In this document: piece by piece, positions 28,001-38,265 of the stretch
Position numbering within the stretch: position 1 is the stretch's first letter
Layout: each line of letters starts with the position of its first letter
Assembly: GCA_965223545.1 (NCBI GenBank)
Contig: OZ245006.1
Location: 1,184,001 to 1,248,000 of the forward strand
DNA from: Planctomycetota bacterium
GTDB lineage: Bacteria; Planctomycetota; UBA1135; UBA2386
Reading direction: 5' to 3'
Length of the DNA stretch: 64,000 bases
Position numbers and translations under genes: made by a program
The notes under the pieces: model-generated
Seen by the model: only the letters and a program-made list of their open reading frames with translations
Told to the model about the DNA's origin: nothing
Databases searched by the model: none

Positions 28001-31000
28001 TCAGCGGCCGATGAGGAGTTCCAGGCCGTTGGTGGCGCTTGCGGTCGCGAAGAGCGGGCCCGTGGGGTCGAGGACGAAGGCCTGGGCGAAGACGCGCAGG
28101 CCGGCGAGGGCCGCGACCGGTGGCACGGGCAAGGCGATCTGCGCTTTGCCCGGCACGCGCGTGATCACTGGCATCGCGACGGCGAGGCGTGGGTCGACGT
28201 GGAGGGTGCAGCCGCCAGTGGAGAGCGCGGACGGCGACCGAGCGACGTAGAGGGCCCCCAGGGAGTTCGGCATGACGCCCTCGGCGTGCAGTGCGAAGCT
28301 CTGCGCGCCCACCAACGGCAAGCGGTCGGCACGCAGGGTCGAGGAGCCGAAGCCGCCCGGGCACGGAGTGCCGTAGGGCACCGCCGCGCCGCCACCGAAC
28401 AGGGCGAGGTCGAGCGACCAGAGCTCCAGACCGAGCTGGCCGTCATCGGCGGCGCACCAGACGTCGGAGCCGACCACGGTGAACCGCCGGGGAGCCGAGC
28501 CGCCGCTGCCGTGCAAGTCGGCGACGCGCTGCGTCCCGGCAGTGGTGCCGTCGCTGACCCACGGCTCGGCGCCCGCCGCATCCGTGCCCGAGAAGACGGC
28601 GATCTCGTTGTCGCCGAGGCGGGTGATGTCGTAGGCATCGACGTCGCTGAGCATCGCGGTCCCCGCCGGCGTGCCGTCCGACGACCACAGCGTCCGGGTC
28701 GGCCAGGCAACCGAGAACAACACGGTCGAGCCGACGTCGACGAACTCCAAGGGCGCGCTGCCGACGGGTCCCGGATTGATGTCAGCGAGCTGCAGGGTGC
28801 CGGCGGCGGTTCCGTCGGTCACCCAAGGCTCCGGATTTCCCGGGACCTCCGAGCCGCTGAACAAGAGCCTGCCGCCGAACGCGGCCCCTTGCAGGAAGAC
28901 GACCCCCGACCCGGTCGGGTCGAGATCGACCACTTGCACGGTCCCCGCATTGGTGCCGTCGCTCTTCCACAGCTCGATGCCGGAAACCCCGTCGGCGGCG
29001 GCGAAGAACAGGACACCGTCGACGTCGACGGTTCCACCGAGGAACGTGTACGGGCTCACACCAGCGGCCGGCCCCGGGTTGATGTCGGCGACCATGCCCG
29101 TGCCGGCAGCGGTTCCATCGGTCTTCCACAGCTCGAAGCCCTCGGCCGCGGAATGCCCGACGAAGTAGCCGATGCCACCGGCCAGCACCATGTCGCGCGG
29201 GGCGACCCGACTGCTCGGCAGGGCAGTGACCACGGCGGTCCCCGCCGCCGTGCCGTCGGTGCGCAGCAGCGCATCGGAGCCGGCCACGGTGGCCAGGAAG
29301 AACAGCGCACCGTTGATCACGACGCCTCTTCCCGGCTCCGACGCGAGCGCGCCCGGCTCGAGGTCGGCCAAGAGCCGCGTGCCGGCGGGCGTGCCGTCGC
29401 TGCCCCATGGCTCGCGGCCAGTCGCCCCCTCGTGGGCCGCATAGACGGCGAGATCACCGATCACGCCGACCGTTGTCGGATCGCTCCCGCCCGGCCCCGG
29501 GTTGACGTCCCGGAGCAACACCGCCCCGGACGGCGAGCCGGCCGACGCCCAGAGCTCCGTGCCGCGCACACCGTCCGTCGCCGAGAAGACCGTGACGCCA
29601 CTCAACTGCGCGAACTCGCGGGGGTGCGCGTCGGCAGTGATGCCAGGCCCGGTCGGGTTGAGATCCGCGAGCAGCACCGTGCTGGCGGCGTCGCCGCTCG
29701 TCACGTACGGCTCCATCGAGATCGCACCGGGTTCGACACCGTTGAACACGTAGAGGCCTCTCAGCGTGCCGATGAAGCCCGCCGCTCCGGAGCCCATCGG
29801 GTGCAGATCCTTGATCATCCGCGTGCCGGCAACGGTGCCGTCGGAGAAGTAGAGCTCGGTCCCGGCCGCCAGCGTGCGCGCCCGGAACACGACACCGCGC
29901 GGGAGCAGGCCGAAGTCGGCGGGAAACGAGGAGCCCAGGCCGGGCTCGATGTCGGCGAGCTGCACCGTCCCGGCGGGGGTGCCGTCGCTGACATACGGCT
30001 CGAGATCGCCGAACCGACCGCGGCCGACGAAGTAGCACTTGCCCAGCGTCGGGGTGAATTCCCGCGGAGCCGAGTTGCCAACGGGCAGACGCGCCATCAG
30101 TTGCGTGCCGGCCGCGGTCCCGTCCGACACCCAGGGCTGGACGCCGTTGCCCCAGTCGGTCGCCGCGAACACCACGCGATTCAGCCAAGCCGTCATGCCG
30201 CTGATCGCCGCGCTGCCGCGCGTGTTGATGTCCTTGACCAACACCGTACCCGCGGCGGTTCCGTCGGTCTTCCACAGCTCCCCGCCGAGCAGCGGCACCA
30301 TGGCGGTGAAGTAGACCTCGCCACCAGCCAGGGTCATCTGCCGGGGGTCCGAGCTGCCGAAGGCATTGAGGTCGATCAAGCGCGTGGTTCCGGCCGCGGT
30401 CCCATCGCTCACCCACAGCTCGCGGTCCCCGCTCGCATCCGTCGCCGCGAACACCGCGCGGCCGCCCACGACCACGATGTCGGCCGGCGCCGAGCCGCCC
30501 GGCCCGGGCAACAGGTCGGCGACCATCCGGGTGCCGGCCGGCGTGGCATCGGTCACCCAGAGCTCGACACCGGAGACGCCGTCATCGGCGGCGAAGAACA
30601 GGAGACCACCGCCGTGCGCCATGTGCTGCGCATCGGAGGACGCGCTGCCGGGGGCGATGTCGGCAAGGCGAAAGGTACCGGCCGCGGTCCCATCGCTCAC
30701 CCACGGCTCGGCGCCACTCTGTCCGTCGTCGGCACTGAACACCAACAGCGTTCCGAACGCAGCCATCTCGGTGATCGAAGACCACTCCGCGCCGGGGTTG
30801 ATGTCCTTGACCAGCCGGGTTCCCGACGGGGTCCCATCGGTGACGTACAGCTCCTGGCCGGTGTCCTCGTGCGTGGCCGGAAAGAACAAGAAGCTGTCCA
30901 CGTTCAACCCGACGCCCGGGTTCGAGAACCGCGGCTCGGGCTGGGTGTTGATGTCGTGCACCAGGCGCTGGCCGGGCAGAAACGAGACGGTGAGCAGTGC

Positions 31001-31042
31001 CGCGGTCGCGGAGACCGCGCCGAATCCGAGAGACTTGCGCAT
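28001..31042 (-). CDS. ELWxxDGT-repeat secreted protein with C-terminal beta domain
   Basis: Many E(L/P)W.(S/T)DGT.AGT..(L/V).D(I/L).PG repeats; signal peptide ...LPGQ. Confidence 0.92.
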   Translation of the reverse strand: MRKSLGFGAVSATAALLTVSFLPGQRLVHDINTQPEPRFSNPGVGLNVDSFLFFPATHEDTGQELYVTDGTPSGTRLVKDINPGAEWSSITEMAAFGTLLVFSADDGQSGAEPWVSDGTAAGTFRLADIAPGSASSDAQHMAHGGGLLFFAADDGVSGVELWVTDATPAGTRMVADLLPGPGGSAPADIVVVGGRAVFAATDASGDRELWVSDGTAAGTTRLIDLNAFGSSDPRQMTLAGGEVYFTAMVPLLGGELWKTDGTAAGTVLVKDINTRGSAAISGMTAWLNRVVFAATDWGNGVQPWVSDGTAAGTQLMARLPVGNSAPREFTPTLGKCYFVGRGRFGDLEPYVSDGTPAGTVQLADIEPGLGSSFPADFGLLPRGVVFRARTLAAGTELYFSDGTVAGTRMIKDLHPMGSGAAGFIGTLRGLYVFNGVEPGAISMEPYVTSGDAASTVLLADLNPTGPGITADAHPREFAQLSGVTVFSATDGVRGTELWASAGSPSGAVLLRDVNPGPGGSDPTTVGVIGDLAVYAAHEGATGREPWGSDGTPAGTRLLADLEPGALASEPGRGVVINGALFFLATVAGSDALLRTDGTAAGTAVVTALPSSRVAPRDMVLAGGIGYFVGHSAAEGFELWKTDGTAAGTGMVADINPGPAAGVSPYTFLGGTVDVDGVLFFAAADGVSGIELWKSDGTNAGTVQVVDLDPTGSGVVFLQGAAFGGRLLFSGSEVPGNPEPWVTDGTAAGTLQLADINPGPVGSAPLEFVDVGSTVLFSVAWPTRTLWSSDGTPAGTAMLSDVDAYDITRLGDNEIAVFSGTDAAGAEPWVSDGTTAGTQRVADLHGSGGSAPRRFTVVGSDVWCAADDGQLGLELWSLDLALFGGGAAVPYGTPCPGGFGSSTLRADRLPLVGAQSFALHAEGVMPNSLGALYVARSPSALSTGGCTLHVDPRLAVAMPVITRVPGKAQIALPVPPVAALAGLRVFAQAFVLDPTGPLFATASATNGLELLIGR

Positions 31043-31054
31043 CGAAGAGTCCTT

Positions 31055-33991
31055 CTACTTCAGGATCAGGTGTGTGGGGGAATTCGAGTCGGCGGACAAC
31101 CCGACCTCGCCGCGCAGGCCATGCGCACTGGCGACGGTCAAGCGGTGCTCGCCGGGGGGAACTTCGATCGGCACGACGACGACCTCGCCCGGCCGATGGG
31201 GGCGTGCCAGCCGCGAGCGCCAGACGCTGCGACCGCTGGCGTCGTCCAGCGACAGCCAGAGCCACAGGCGGGCGGCGCGATAGGGATGCTCGATCCGCAC
31301 CTCCCGCACTGGGTGCACGGCGAGAGCGACGTCGAGCGTGGTGCCGGCTTCGTTGACCTGGAGCTCACCGGCCGCGAACCCCCGCCGCGCGCCCCAGGCG
31401 ACGTAGCGGTAGCGGCCGGGCGCGAGGCCGGTCTGGCAGCCGCCATCGCGGATCCACAGCTGGCGCAGCCAGCCGTGGTCCGGCGAGTACAGGTCGACCG
31501 TACCCAGAGCCTCCGGCCGCCCCTCGGCATCCGCGACCCGCACCTCGACCGCCGCGGGCGCCACGGTGTCCACCACGCCGAGCGCGATGTCCGCGCGCGG
31601 CGTGAACGGCCCCGTGGTCGCCCAGATACCGGTCGCATCGGCGACCACGAGGTTCACCTCCCGCGCCGGCAGCGCCGGCACCGCGAAGCGCCCGTCGAAG
31701 CGGTCCACCTCGGCAGCGGTCCGGTGCCACGCGCCGACCACCTCGACTCTCAGCTGCGGCTCCTGCAGCGCTGGTCCGCGCACTACGCCGCTGAGAGCCC
31801 CGCGCGGCAACGCGTCCTCGGGAACGGTGATGGACACCGGATCGCGATCGGCGAGCACTTGGCCGACGCAAACCGCCGGCCGCCGTGAAAGGCCCGGCGC
31901 GGTGACGCACAGATCGACGGGCGTGGTTCCGCACGCGCTCAGCTCGAACCGGCCATGGCGATCGGTTTCGACCTCGACGCCCTCGGCGGCGATGGACACT
32001 GTCCACTTTGCGAGCGGATTGCCGTGCACATCGCGCACGGTGCCGGTGATCCGACCGCCGGTCATCGATGGGTACCAGGCCTGCGCCGCCCCTCCTTCGA
32101 GGTCGAACTTCGCGCCGGCGACGGCTCGGCCATCGACGCGCAGGCGAGCCTCGATGCGCCCCGGCGGTAGGCCGCCGAGGCGGAAGCCGCCGTCGTCACC
32201 GAGCCGCACGCTCGACCCCCACCACACGGGCGCGAGGGTGTCCCCGTCGAGCATTGGGTCGCGCGGCGACGCCCCCGACGCGATCGCTACGACGCGGGCG
32301 TCGGTGACCCCGCCGCCAAGCGCGGCGCGGCCGTGGAGACTACTGCCGGCGTGGAGGCGGATCGCGATGGTCGCGGTCGCACCTGGCGCCGGCGTGTCGA
32401 CGTGACCCGTCCACGGGGCGAAGCCGGGCGCGCGCGCCCAGAGCACGACGCGGCTCGATGCCGGCGCGCTGTCGCACGCGAAGCGGCCATCGGCGGCCGC
32501 GCGCAGCACGCGCGGCACCCGCAGTGCCAAGCGCTCCACGCTCTCCGCGGCGACGCGAAACCCGGCGTCGATCTGCAGCACGGCGCCCGCGATGGCGCGG
32601 CCGGCGACATCGGTGACGCGGCCGCGGATCGTGGTCGCCGGCCGACCGATGCGCAGGTCCAACCGTTGTTCGCGCAGGTCGGACACCAGGCGCGGTGGAC
32701 CCGGCCGGCGGCCACCGGCGACCGCGCACAGGGCTCGCCCCGGCTCGACATCGCGCAGCGCGAAGCGCCCGTCCGCATCGGTGCGCGCGACCTCGAGGCC
32801 GCGGTCGAAGCGACCGCGCTCGGAGAGCCAGATCGAAACCGGACCGTCGGCTCCGGCGACCCGGCCGGAGACCGTGTTGCCCACCGGCAGCTGCAGCCGG
32901 AGTGCGCGCCACTGGCCCGCGACCAGAGCCACCTCGTGATCCCCCGCCCGGTCGACGCGCAGCGACCAGCGCCCCGGCAGCAGCTCGTCGAGCTCCAGAC
33001 GTCCGTCCGCAGTGGTTCGCTCCCAGCGGTGGTGCAGGTGTGGATTAGCGACCTCGAGCGGCAGCAGGCGCAGCCAAACTCCCGCCGCCCCGACGCCGTC
33101 CGCCCACCGCACTTCGACCGCCAAGCCGGCACGATCGCGTGGCAGTGCCCGCCGCTCCTCGCCCACCGCCCCGACCCCGCGCCGAGGCTGGGCCGGGGCG
33201 CGCTGCGCGGACGCAGAAGCCGTCGATGCGCGCGCGGCGAGCAGCGGCTCGGCGGCGTTCTCGCCATCGTCCCCTCCGAGTCCCGCTGCAATCGCGAGGA
33301 ACGCGATCGCGGAAGCCGCCAACCCGAGACCGACATCGTTCCGCCAACGACCGCCGAGCAACCGCGGTCGCGCGGACCGCGCGGTGTCGACCACGGCCGC
33401 GCGCACCTCGGCCAAGCTGCGCTCGGCGACCACCAAGCCGGCGAGGGACGCGGCGAGTCCCGCTGGCAGGGCCCGCCGCAGCTGCGCCAAGCCCCGCCGC
33501 AACCACGTCTTCACCGTCCCCGGCGGCCGGCCGAGCGCGTGCGCGATCTCGCGAATCGCGAGACCGTGCACCAAGCGCAGCAGCACGACCTGCCGGTGCT
33601 GTTCGCTCAGCGTCTGCACCGCGTCGCGAAACAGCGCGCTGAACTCGGTCATCTCGGCGGCGCTCGGCGGTGCCACCGGATTCCGCACCGGCAGCCGGGT
33701 GGCGTCGACGTCCCGCCGGGCGCGCCGGTGTTCGCGACGGGCCTCGTTGGCCAGGATCGCGAACAGCCACGGCCGCACCGGCCGCGACGGGTCGTAGCTC
33801 TGCGCCGCGCCGATGGCGGCGACGAAGGTGGCCTGCACCAGATCCTCGGCGGTGGCCGCGTCGCTACCGAAGTGGTGCGCGAGCAGCAACAGCTCGGGCG
33901 CGACGAGGTCGAACACCGTCGCCAAGGCGCTGCCATCGCCAGTTCGGCGATAGGCGGCGAAGGCGGCGTCGGCGCGATCTGTGAGCTGCAT
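31055..33991 (-). CDS. ECF sigma factor fused via a TM helix to carboxypeptidase-regulatory-like repeats
   Basis: AEDLVQATF...RPWLFAILAN (region 2), EIAHALGRPPGTVKTWLRRG (region 4), TM GLGLAASAIAFLAIAAGLG, then repeated GRV.D..G.P / TDADGRF modules. Confidence 0.88.
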   Translation of the reverse strand: MQLTDRADAAFAAYRRTGDGSALATVFDLVAPELLLLAHHFGSDAATAEDLVQATFVAAIGAAQSYDPSRPVRPWLFAILANEARREHRRARRDVDATRLPVRNPVAPPSAAEMTEFSALFRDAVQTLSEQHRQVVLLRLVHGLAIREIAHALGRPPGTVKTWLRRGLAQLRRALPAGLAASLAGLVVAERSLAEVRAAVVDTARSARPRLLGGRWRNDVGLGLAASAIAFLAIAAGLGGDDGENAAEPLLAARASTASASAQRAPAQPRRGVGAVGEERRALPRDRAGLAVEVRWADGVGAAGVWLRLLPLEVANPHLHHRWERTTADGRLELDELLPGRWSLRVDRAGDHEVALVAGQWRALRLQLPVGNTVSGRVAGADGPVSIWLSERGRFDRGLEVARTDADGRFALRDVEPGRALCAVAGGRRPGPPRLVSDLREQRLDLRIGRPATTIRGRVTDVAGRAIAGAVLQIDAGFRVAAESVERLALRVPRVLRAAADGRFACDSAPASSRVVLWARAPGFAPWTGHVDTPAPGATATIAIRLHAGSSLHGRAALGGGVTDARVVAIASGASPRDPMLDGDTLAPVWWGSSVRLGDDGGFRLGGLPPGRIEARLRVDGRAVAGAKFDLEGGAAQAWYPSMTGGRITGTVRDVHGNPLAKWTVSIAAEGVEVETDRHGRFELSACGTTPVDLCVTAPGLSRRPAVCVGQVLADRDPVSITVPEDALPRGALSGVVRGPALQEPQLRVEVVGAWHRTAAEVDRFDGRFAVPALPAREVNLVVADATGIWATTGPFTPRADIALGVVDTVAPAAVEVRVADAEGRPEALGTVDLYSPDHGWLRQLWIRDGGCQTGLAPGRYRYVAWGARRGFAAGELQVNEAGTTLDVALAVHPVREVRIEHPYRAARLWLWLSLDDASGRSVWRSRLARPHRPGEVVVVPIEVPPGEHRLTVASAHGLRGEVGLSADSNSPTHLILK

Positions 33992-34197
33992 ATTCTTCCC
34001 GAAGGCGGCGATGGCGAAGGTCGGTCACCCGATCTATGGACGAGCGCGCCCGCGGGAGTCGGGAGTTTGCTTTTTTTGTGACGACAGCCGGCGAAGAGGC
34101 ACCAGGGGAAGTGGCCCGCCACCCGGTGCCCGCGCTGTGCAACAATTGGCATGCCGTCCAAACCAATGGCCGAACCGATTCCCTCAGGGCGCCACAG

Positions 34198-36828
34198 ATG
34201 ATCCGTCGCATTCACCCTCGGAGCCCGCAGGGGTCGCTGCGCCCGCATCTGGTTGCCGTTGCCGCCGCCCTCGGTGTCGGCGGTCCACTCTCGTCGCAGG
34301 AGTTGATGTCCGCGCTGCCGACGGCCCGCTTGCCGGCGAGCGGCTTCGACAGCCGCGGAATCGCGATGCGCGACGTCGACGGTGACGGGGATGTGGACGT
34401 CCTGTTCAGCACCTCGCGCCGCGGGATGCGGCTACTGCGCAACGTCGGCGCCAGCGGGCACTTTCGCGACGACTCGGCGCTCGCGTTCGCGACGGTGAGC
34501 ACGGCCGCGGGGAGCCGGCTGGCGGTGGACGATCTCGACGGCGACGGAGATGCCGATCTGCTCCGCCCGTGCTACGGCACCCAGGACGAGCTCTACCTCA
34601 ACGACGGCACCGGCACCTTTAGCGCGGCGACCGCTACCGGCCTACCCCCCGACGCCGCCTACTCGCTGGGCATCGCGCTGGGTGACGTCGACGCCGACGG
34701 CGACCTCGACGTCGCCCTCGCCAGCGACTCGGTGATCGGCTCGACGGCGGCGGTCCGGCTGTACTTGAACAGCGGCAACGCCTCGTTCACCGACGTCTCG
34801 CAGGCCCGCCTGCCGGCGCAGCGCGGCGTGGGCCGCGACGTCCGGTTCCTCGACGCCGAGGGGGACGGCGATCTCGACCTGGTCACCGCCGACCCACTCC
34901 AGCTGTGGATCAACGACGGTAGCGGCAGCTTCATGGAGAAGGCGGCTGCGCTGCCCTCGGCAGGTCCGTTCGTACGACTCGCGGTGGGTGACCTGGACGG
35001 CGACGGAGACGAGGACTTGATCGCCGACGACTCGTCCATCGGCGTGGCCCTCGACAACGACGGTGCGGCGACATTCTCCGCGCGCTCGCTGCCGCCGGTG
35101 TTCGGCTACGGCGATTTTGGCGAGACCCGACTCGTGGACGCAGACGGGGACGGCGACCTCGACGTGCTGTACGCGCGCGGCAGTCAGTACACGCCGGGGT
35201 CGCGCGACCGGTTCCTGCGCAACGATGGCAATTGGCAGTTCGTCGACGTCAGCGCGACCGCGCTCCCCCCGCGTGACGGGGTCACCTACGCCGTCGCCGT
35301 CGGTGACGCCGATGGCGACGGCGATGCCGACGTCGTCGTCGGCGGCGTCGCGCGCGACGAGCTGTGGCTCAACGACGGCGCCGGGGTGTTTGCCATGGCG
35401 ACAGGCGGTCGGCTGCCGCCCCCCATGCAAGCGACTGCGCAGACCGCGACGGCCGCTGACCTCGACGGCGACGGTGACCGGGATCTGCTCGTCGCGGGGC
35501 TGTACTTGGAGCCGCAGCTCTGGCTCGGCGATGGCACCGGCCAGTGGAGCGGCGATCCCGCGGCGCGCCTGCCGAGCCTGCGGCAGGTTTTGACGCGGCA
35601 GGCGCGCTCCTTCGACGCCAACGGCGATGGCGCACCGGAGCTGGTTCTGGCCGCCTCTGGCCAGAACCAGCTCTTGCTGAACGACGGCACCGGGCGCTTC
35701 AGCCGCGTCACCAGCATCGCCATGCCGCTCGACAACGATGATTCGTACGACATCGTGCCCGTCGACGTCGACGCGGATGGCGACCTCGATCTGGTGGTCG
35801 CCAACCGCGACCAGAACCGCCTCTACCTGAACTCCGGCGCGGGCTCGTTCACCGACGCCACGGCCGGCCGCCTGCCGGTCAGCTCCGCCACGACCGCCGC
35901 CGTTGCCACCGGGGATGTCGACGCCGACGGCGACGTCGACTTGCTGCTGGCGCACCGCGGCACGGCCAACCAGCTGCTGCTCAACGACGGCCAGGGCTCG
36001 TTCTCCCCAGCGCCGACCTTCCCTGGGTCGAGGCCGAGCGCGGGGGCGTGGTTGGCGGACGTGGATGGCGACGGCGATCTCGACGCGCTGGTGCGCGACA
36101 CGAACGCGATGCGTGTGCTGATCAATGATGGTCTCGGTGGCTTCACCGACGCCACCACGGGCCGGTTTCCCCCACCACCGGCACAGACCACCGTCAGCGC
36201 GGCGGCACCGGCCGACATCGATTCGGACGGCGACATCGACGTCTTGGTCGGCCACCGGCTGACCTCGCCGGGAGCGGTCGACCTCGTGCGGCTCTATCTC
36301 AACGACGGCGGCGGGACCTTCGTCGACGTGACCGGCACGCGATCTCCATCGAATGTCCTCGGCCATGTCAGCGGGGTCCCGATCTTCCCACTCGACATCG
36401 TGCTCGAGGACTTCGACTCCGACCGGGATCCCGACGCGTTGTTGCTGACGTCGACCGCGCCCGTGGTGCTGTTCAACTTGACGCGGCACCTGGACGCGGT
36501 GTGCTGCGCGACGACGGCGGGCGCACTGCGCCTCGACCTGTACGCCCGCTGTTGCCCAGGCACCTCGAGCCTGGGCGCAGTGGCGATCTCCGCCGGCATC
36601 GCCAGGACCACAGTGCCCGGCATCGGCGAACTTCTGCTGCAGCCAGCGTCGATCATCGGCCTGCCCGTGATCCCTATTCCCGGTGCGACTGGACTTGCGC
36701 AAGGGACATTGGCGATCCCGAACGTGCCAAGCCTGGTGGGTGGTGCGTTCGCTAGCCAGGCAATCGTCGTCGGACCGGGCGCGGCGCTGGGATTCACCAA
36801 CGCGCGCTTCGACGTCGTTGTCCGATGA
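34198..36828 (+). CDS. FG-GAP/VCBS-repeat secreted protein with C-terminal beta domain
   Basis: Many (G/A)D.DGDGD.D and L.LNDG.G.F repeats; start re-assigned to MIRRIHP..., signal ends ...PLSSQ. Confidence 0.9.
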   Translation: MIRRIHPRSPQGSLRPHLVAVAAALGVGGPLSSQELMSALPTARLPASGFDSRGIAMRDVDGDGDVDVLFSTSRRGMRLLRNVGASGHFRDDSALAFATVSTAAGSRLAVDDLDGDGDADLLRPCYGTQDELYLNDGTGTFSAATATGLPPDAAYSLGIALGDVDADGDLDVALASDSVIGSTAAVRLYLNSGNASFTDVSQARLPAQRGVGRDVRFLDAEGDGDLDLVTADPLQLWINDGSGSFMEKAAALPSAGPFVRLAVGDLDGDGDEDLIADDSSIGVALDNDGAATFSARSLPPVFGYGDFGETRLVDADGDGDLDVLYARGSQYTPGSRDRFLRNDGNWQFVDVSATALPPRDGVTYAVAVGDADGDGDADVVVGGVARDELWLNDGAGVFAMATGGRLPPPMQATAQTATAADLDGDGDRDLLVAGLYLEPQLWLGDGTGQWSGDPAARLPSLRQVLTRQARSFDANGDGAPELVLAASGQNQLLLNDGTGRFSRVTSIAMPLDNDDSYDIVPVDVDADGDLDLVVANRDQNRLYLNSGAGSFTDATAGRLPVSSATTAAVATGDVDADGDVDLLLAHRGTANQLLLNDGQGSFSPAPTFPGSRPSAGAWLADVDGDGDLDALVRDTNAMRVLINDGLGGFTDATTGRFPPPPAQTTVSAAAPADIDSDGDIDVLVGHRLTSPGAVDLVRLYLNDGGGTFVDVTGTRSPSNVLGHVSGVPIFPLDIVLEDFDSDRDPDALLLTSTAPVVLFNLTRHLDAVCCATTAGALRLDLYARCCPGTSSLGAVAISAGIARTTVPGIGELLLQPASIIGLPVIPIPGATGLAQGTLAIPNVPSLVGGAFASQAIVVGPGAALGFTNARFDVVVR

Positions 36829-36879
36829 TCCGCGTGGGCATGCCCACAGAAAAGCCAGTGCAGCAACGGTGGGCCGTGG

Positions 36880-38100
36880 CTACAGCAGCGAGCGCGTCTC
36901 CACGACCGTGGTCCAGACCTCGTCGCCGCGCGCGACCTCGACTTCAATGCTCTGTCCGACTCTACAGAACAGCGCTCTCGCCTCTGCCAGACTGTGTCGG
37001 CTCGCATCGACACCGGCAATGCGTCGCAGCACGTCGCCGGCGCGCAGGCCGGCATCGGCCGCAGGCGTCCCAGGGCTGACGAAGAACACTCGGCGCTCGC
37101 CGGCATCGTCGACCCCGGCGACGAGGAACAGCCCACTGGCGTCGACAACCTGCTCTCGATCGAACAGCTCGTTGGGCTTCAACAGCAGACGATCCCGCGC
37201 GTAGTCGAAGACGACGTCGAAGCGGTGTAGGACCTCGCCGCCGAACAGGTTCAGGCGCGCGCCGGTCAATCCGGTACCGAAGGTCACTGTCGGTCGCGGG
37301 ATGGAGAAGGGCCCGATCCGCAGACGGTGCAGGCGAGTGACGAACCGCCGGTGGGCGGTTTCCTCCGGCGAATCCGCCAGCCCGGTGCTGCCCATCACCG
37401 CAACGCGCGGCGCGTCGGCCCCGACCAGTGCCTCGATGGCATCCGCGTCGTGCAATCCGCAGCTGTTGCCGACCCCTCCACCACTGTCGACCAGCATCCG
37501 GACCGACCGGGTCTCGCTCTCCGAAGCGAGCGAGACCTCGGCGAAGGGTAGGTTGCCCCTCCCGGGATTGAACGACACAGCGACTGCGGCACCTCGATCG
37601 CTCCCGTCGAAGCGATCGGGATCGTGGAGCACCATCCGCTCGGCGACGTAGTCGATCTCGCACGTGTAGCGACTGAGGAATGCATGCCCGAGGATGCCGT
37701 GCACGGTCCGTCCGGTCATCCGCCGCGCCAAACCCTCGCACGACGCGACCAGGACCCGTTCGTATTCGGCGGTGACCCCTCCCACGTCGATGGCGACGTC
37801 GCTGGCGAAGCGCATGGTGAACTGACCGCCCTGCGAGGTGCGACCGCCTTTGCGCACCGGCCCCATCTCCAGCCCAAGGCGATCCGCGACGCGACTCTCG
37901 AGCACGACGCCAGACGCCCCTGAATCCAGCAACAGCGTCACTGGCTCTCCTTGGATCTTGGCTTCGACCAAGATCAAGTTCATGTGGCGCTCGACGACCA
38001 CATTGGCGATCTCCGAGCCACCTTGGCTGGCCAGTCGATCGACGAGAGGGACGGCGGCGAGAACTACGGCCAACGGCCGGGCAAAGGGGTGAGTGTTCAT
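36880..38100 (-). CDS. Secreted double-domain retropepsin-like aspartyl protease with PDZ domain
   Basis: LLLDSGAS and MLVDSGG motifs, GILGHAFL..., IDY; C-terminal VSPGTPAADAGLRAGD PDZ. Confidence 0.88.
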   Translation of the reverse strand: MNTHPFARPLAVVLAAVPLVDRLASQGGSEIANVVVERHMNLILVEAKIQGEPVTLLLDSGASGVVLESRVADRLGLEMGPVRKGGRTSQGGQFTMRFASDVAIDVGGVTAEYERVLVASCEGLARRMTGRTVHGILGHAFLSRYTCEIDYVAERMVLHDPDRFDGSDRGAAVAVSFNPGRGNLPFAEVSLASESETRSVRMLVDSGGGVGNSCGLHDADAIEALVGADAPRVAVMGSTGLADSPEETAHRRFVTRLHRLRIGPFSIPRPTVTFGTGLTGARLNLFGGEVLHRFDVVFDYARDRLLLKPNELFDREQVVDASGLFLVAGVDDAGERRVFFVSPGTPAADAGLRAGDVLRRIAGVDASRHSLAEARALFCRVGQSIEVEVARGDEVWTTVVETRSLL

Positions 38101-38265
38101 GGTGATTTTCGGGCCGGCCAGAGGCCACGCCCAGCGGGATGTTGCCGCGACATCACGATCGGACTCGATCCTCTGCCGATCCCGGTCGGGTCAGCCCGTA
38201 CCGGCTGCGGATGAGACCCTTTCCGACCGCGCGGCAACGAAATCGGCAGACCACTGCCAAGAGCC

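Noticed and set aside
27998..31888. 1296-aa plus-strand ORF
   Set aside because: Antisense shadow of the ELWxxDGT and ECF genes
28400..36450. Periodic DNA repeats within the ELWxxDGT and FG-GAP genes
   Set aside because: Explained by protein repeat units; degenerate at third codon positions; not CRISPR or DGR (no reverse transcriptase)
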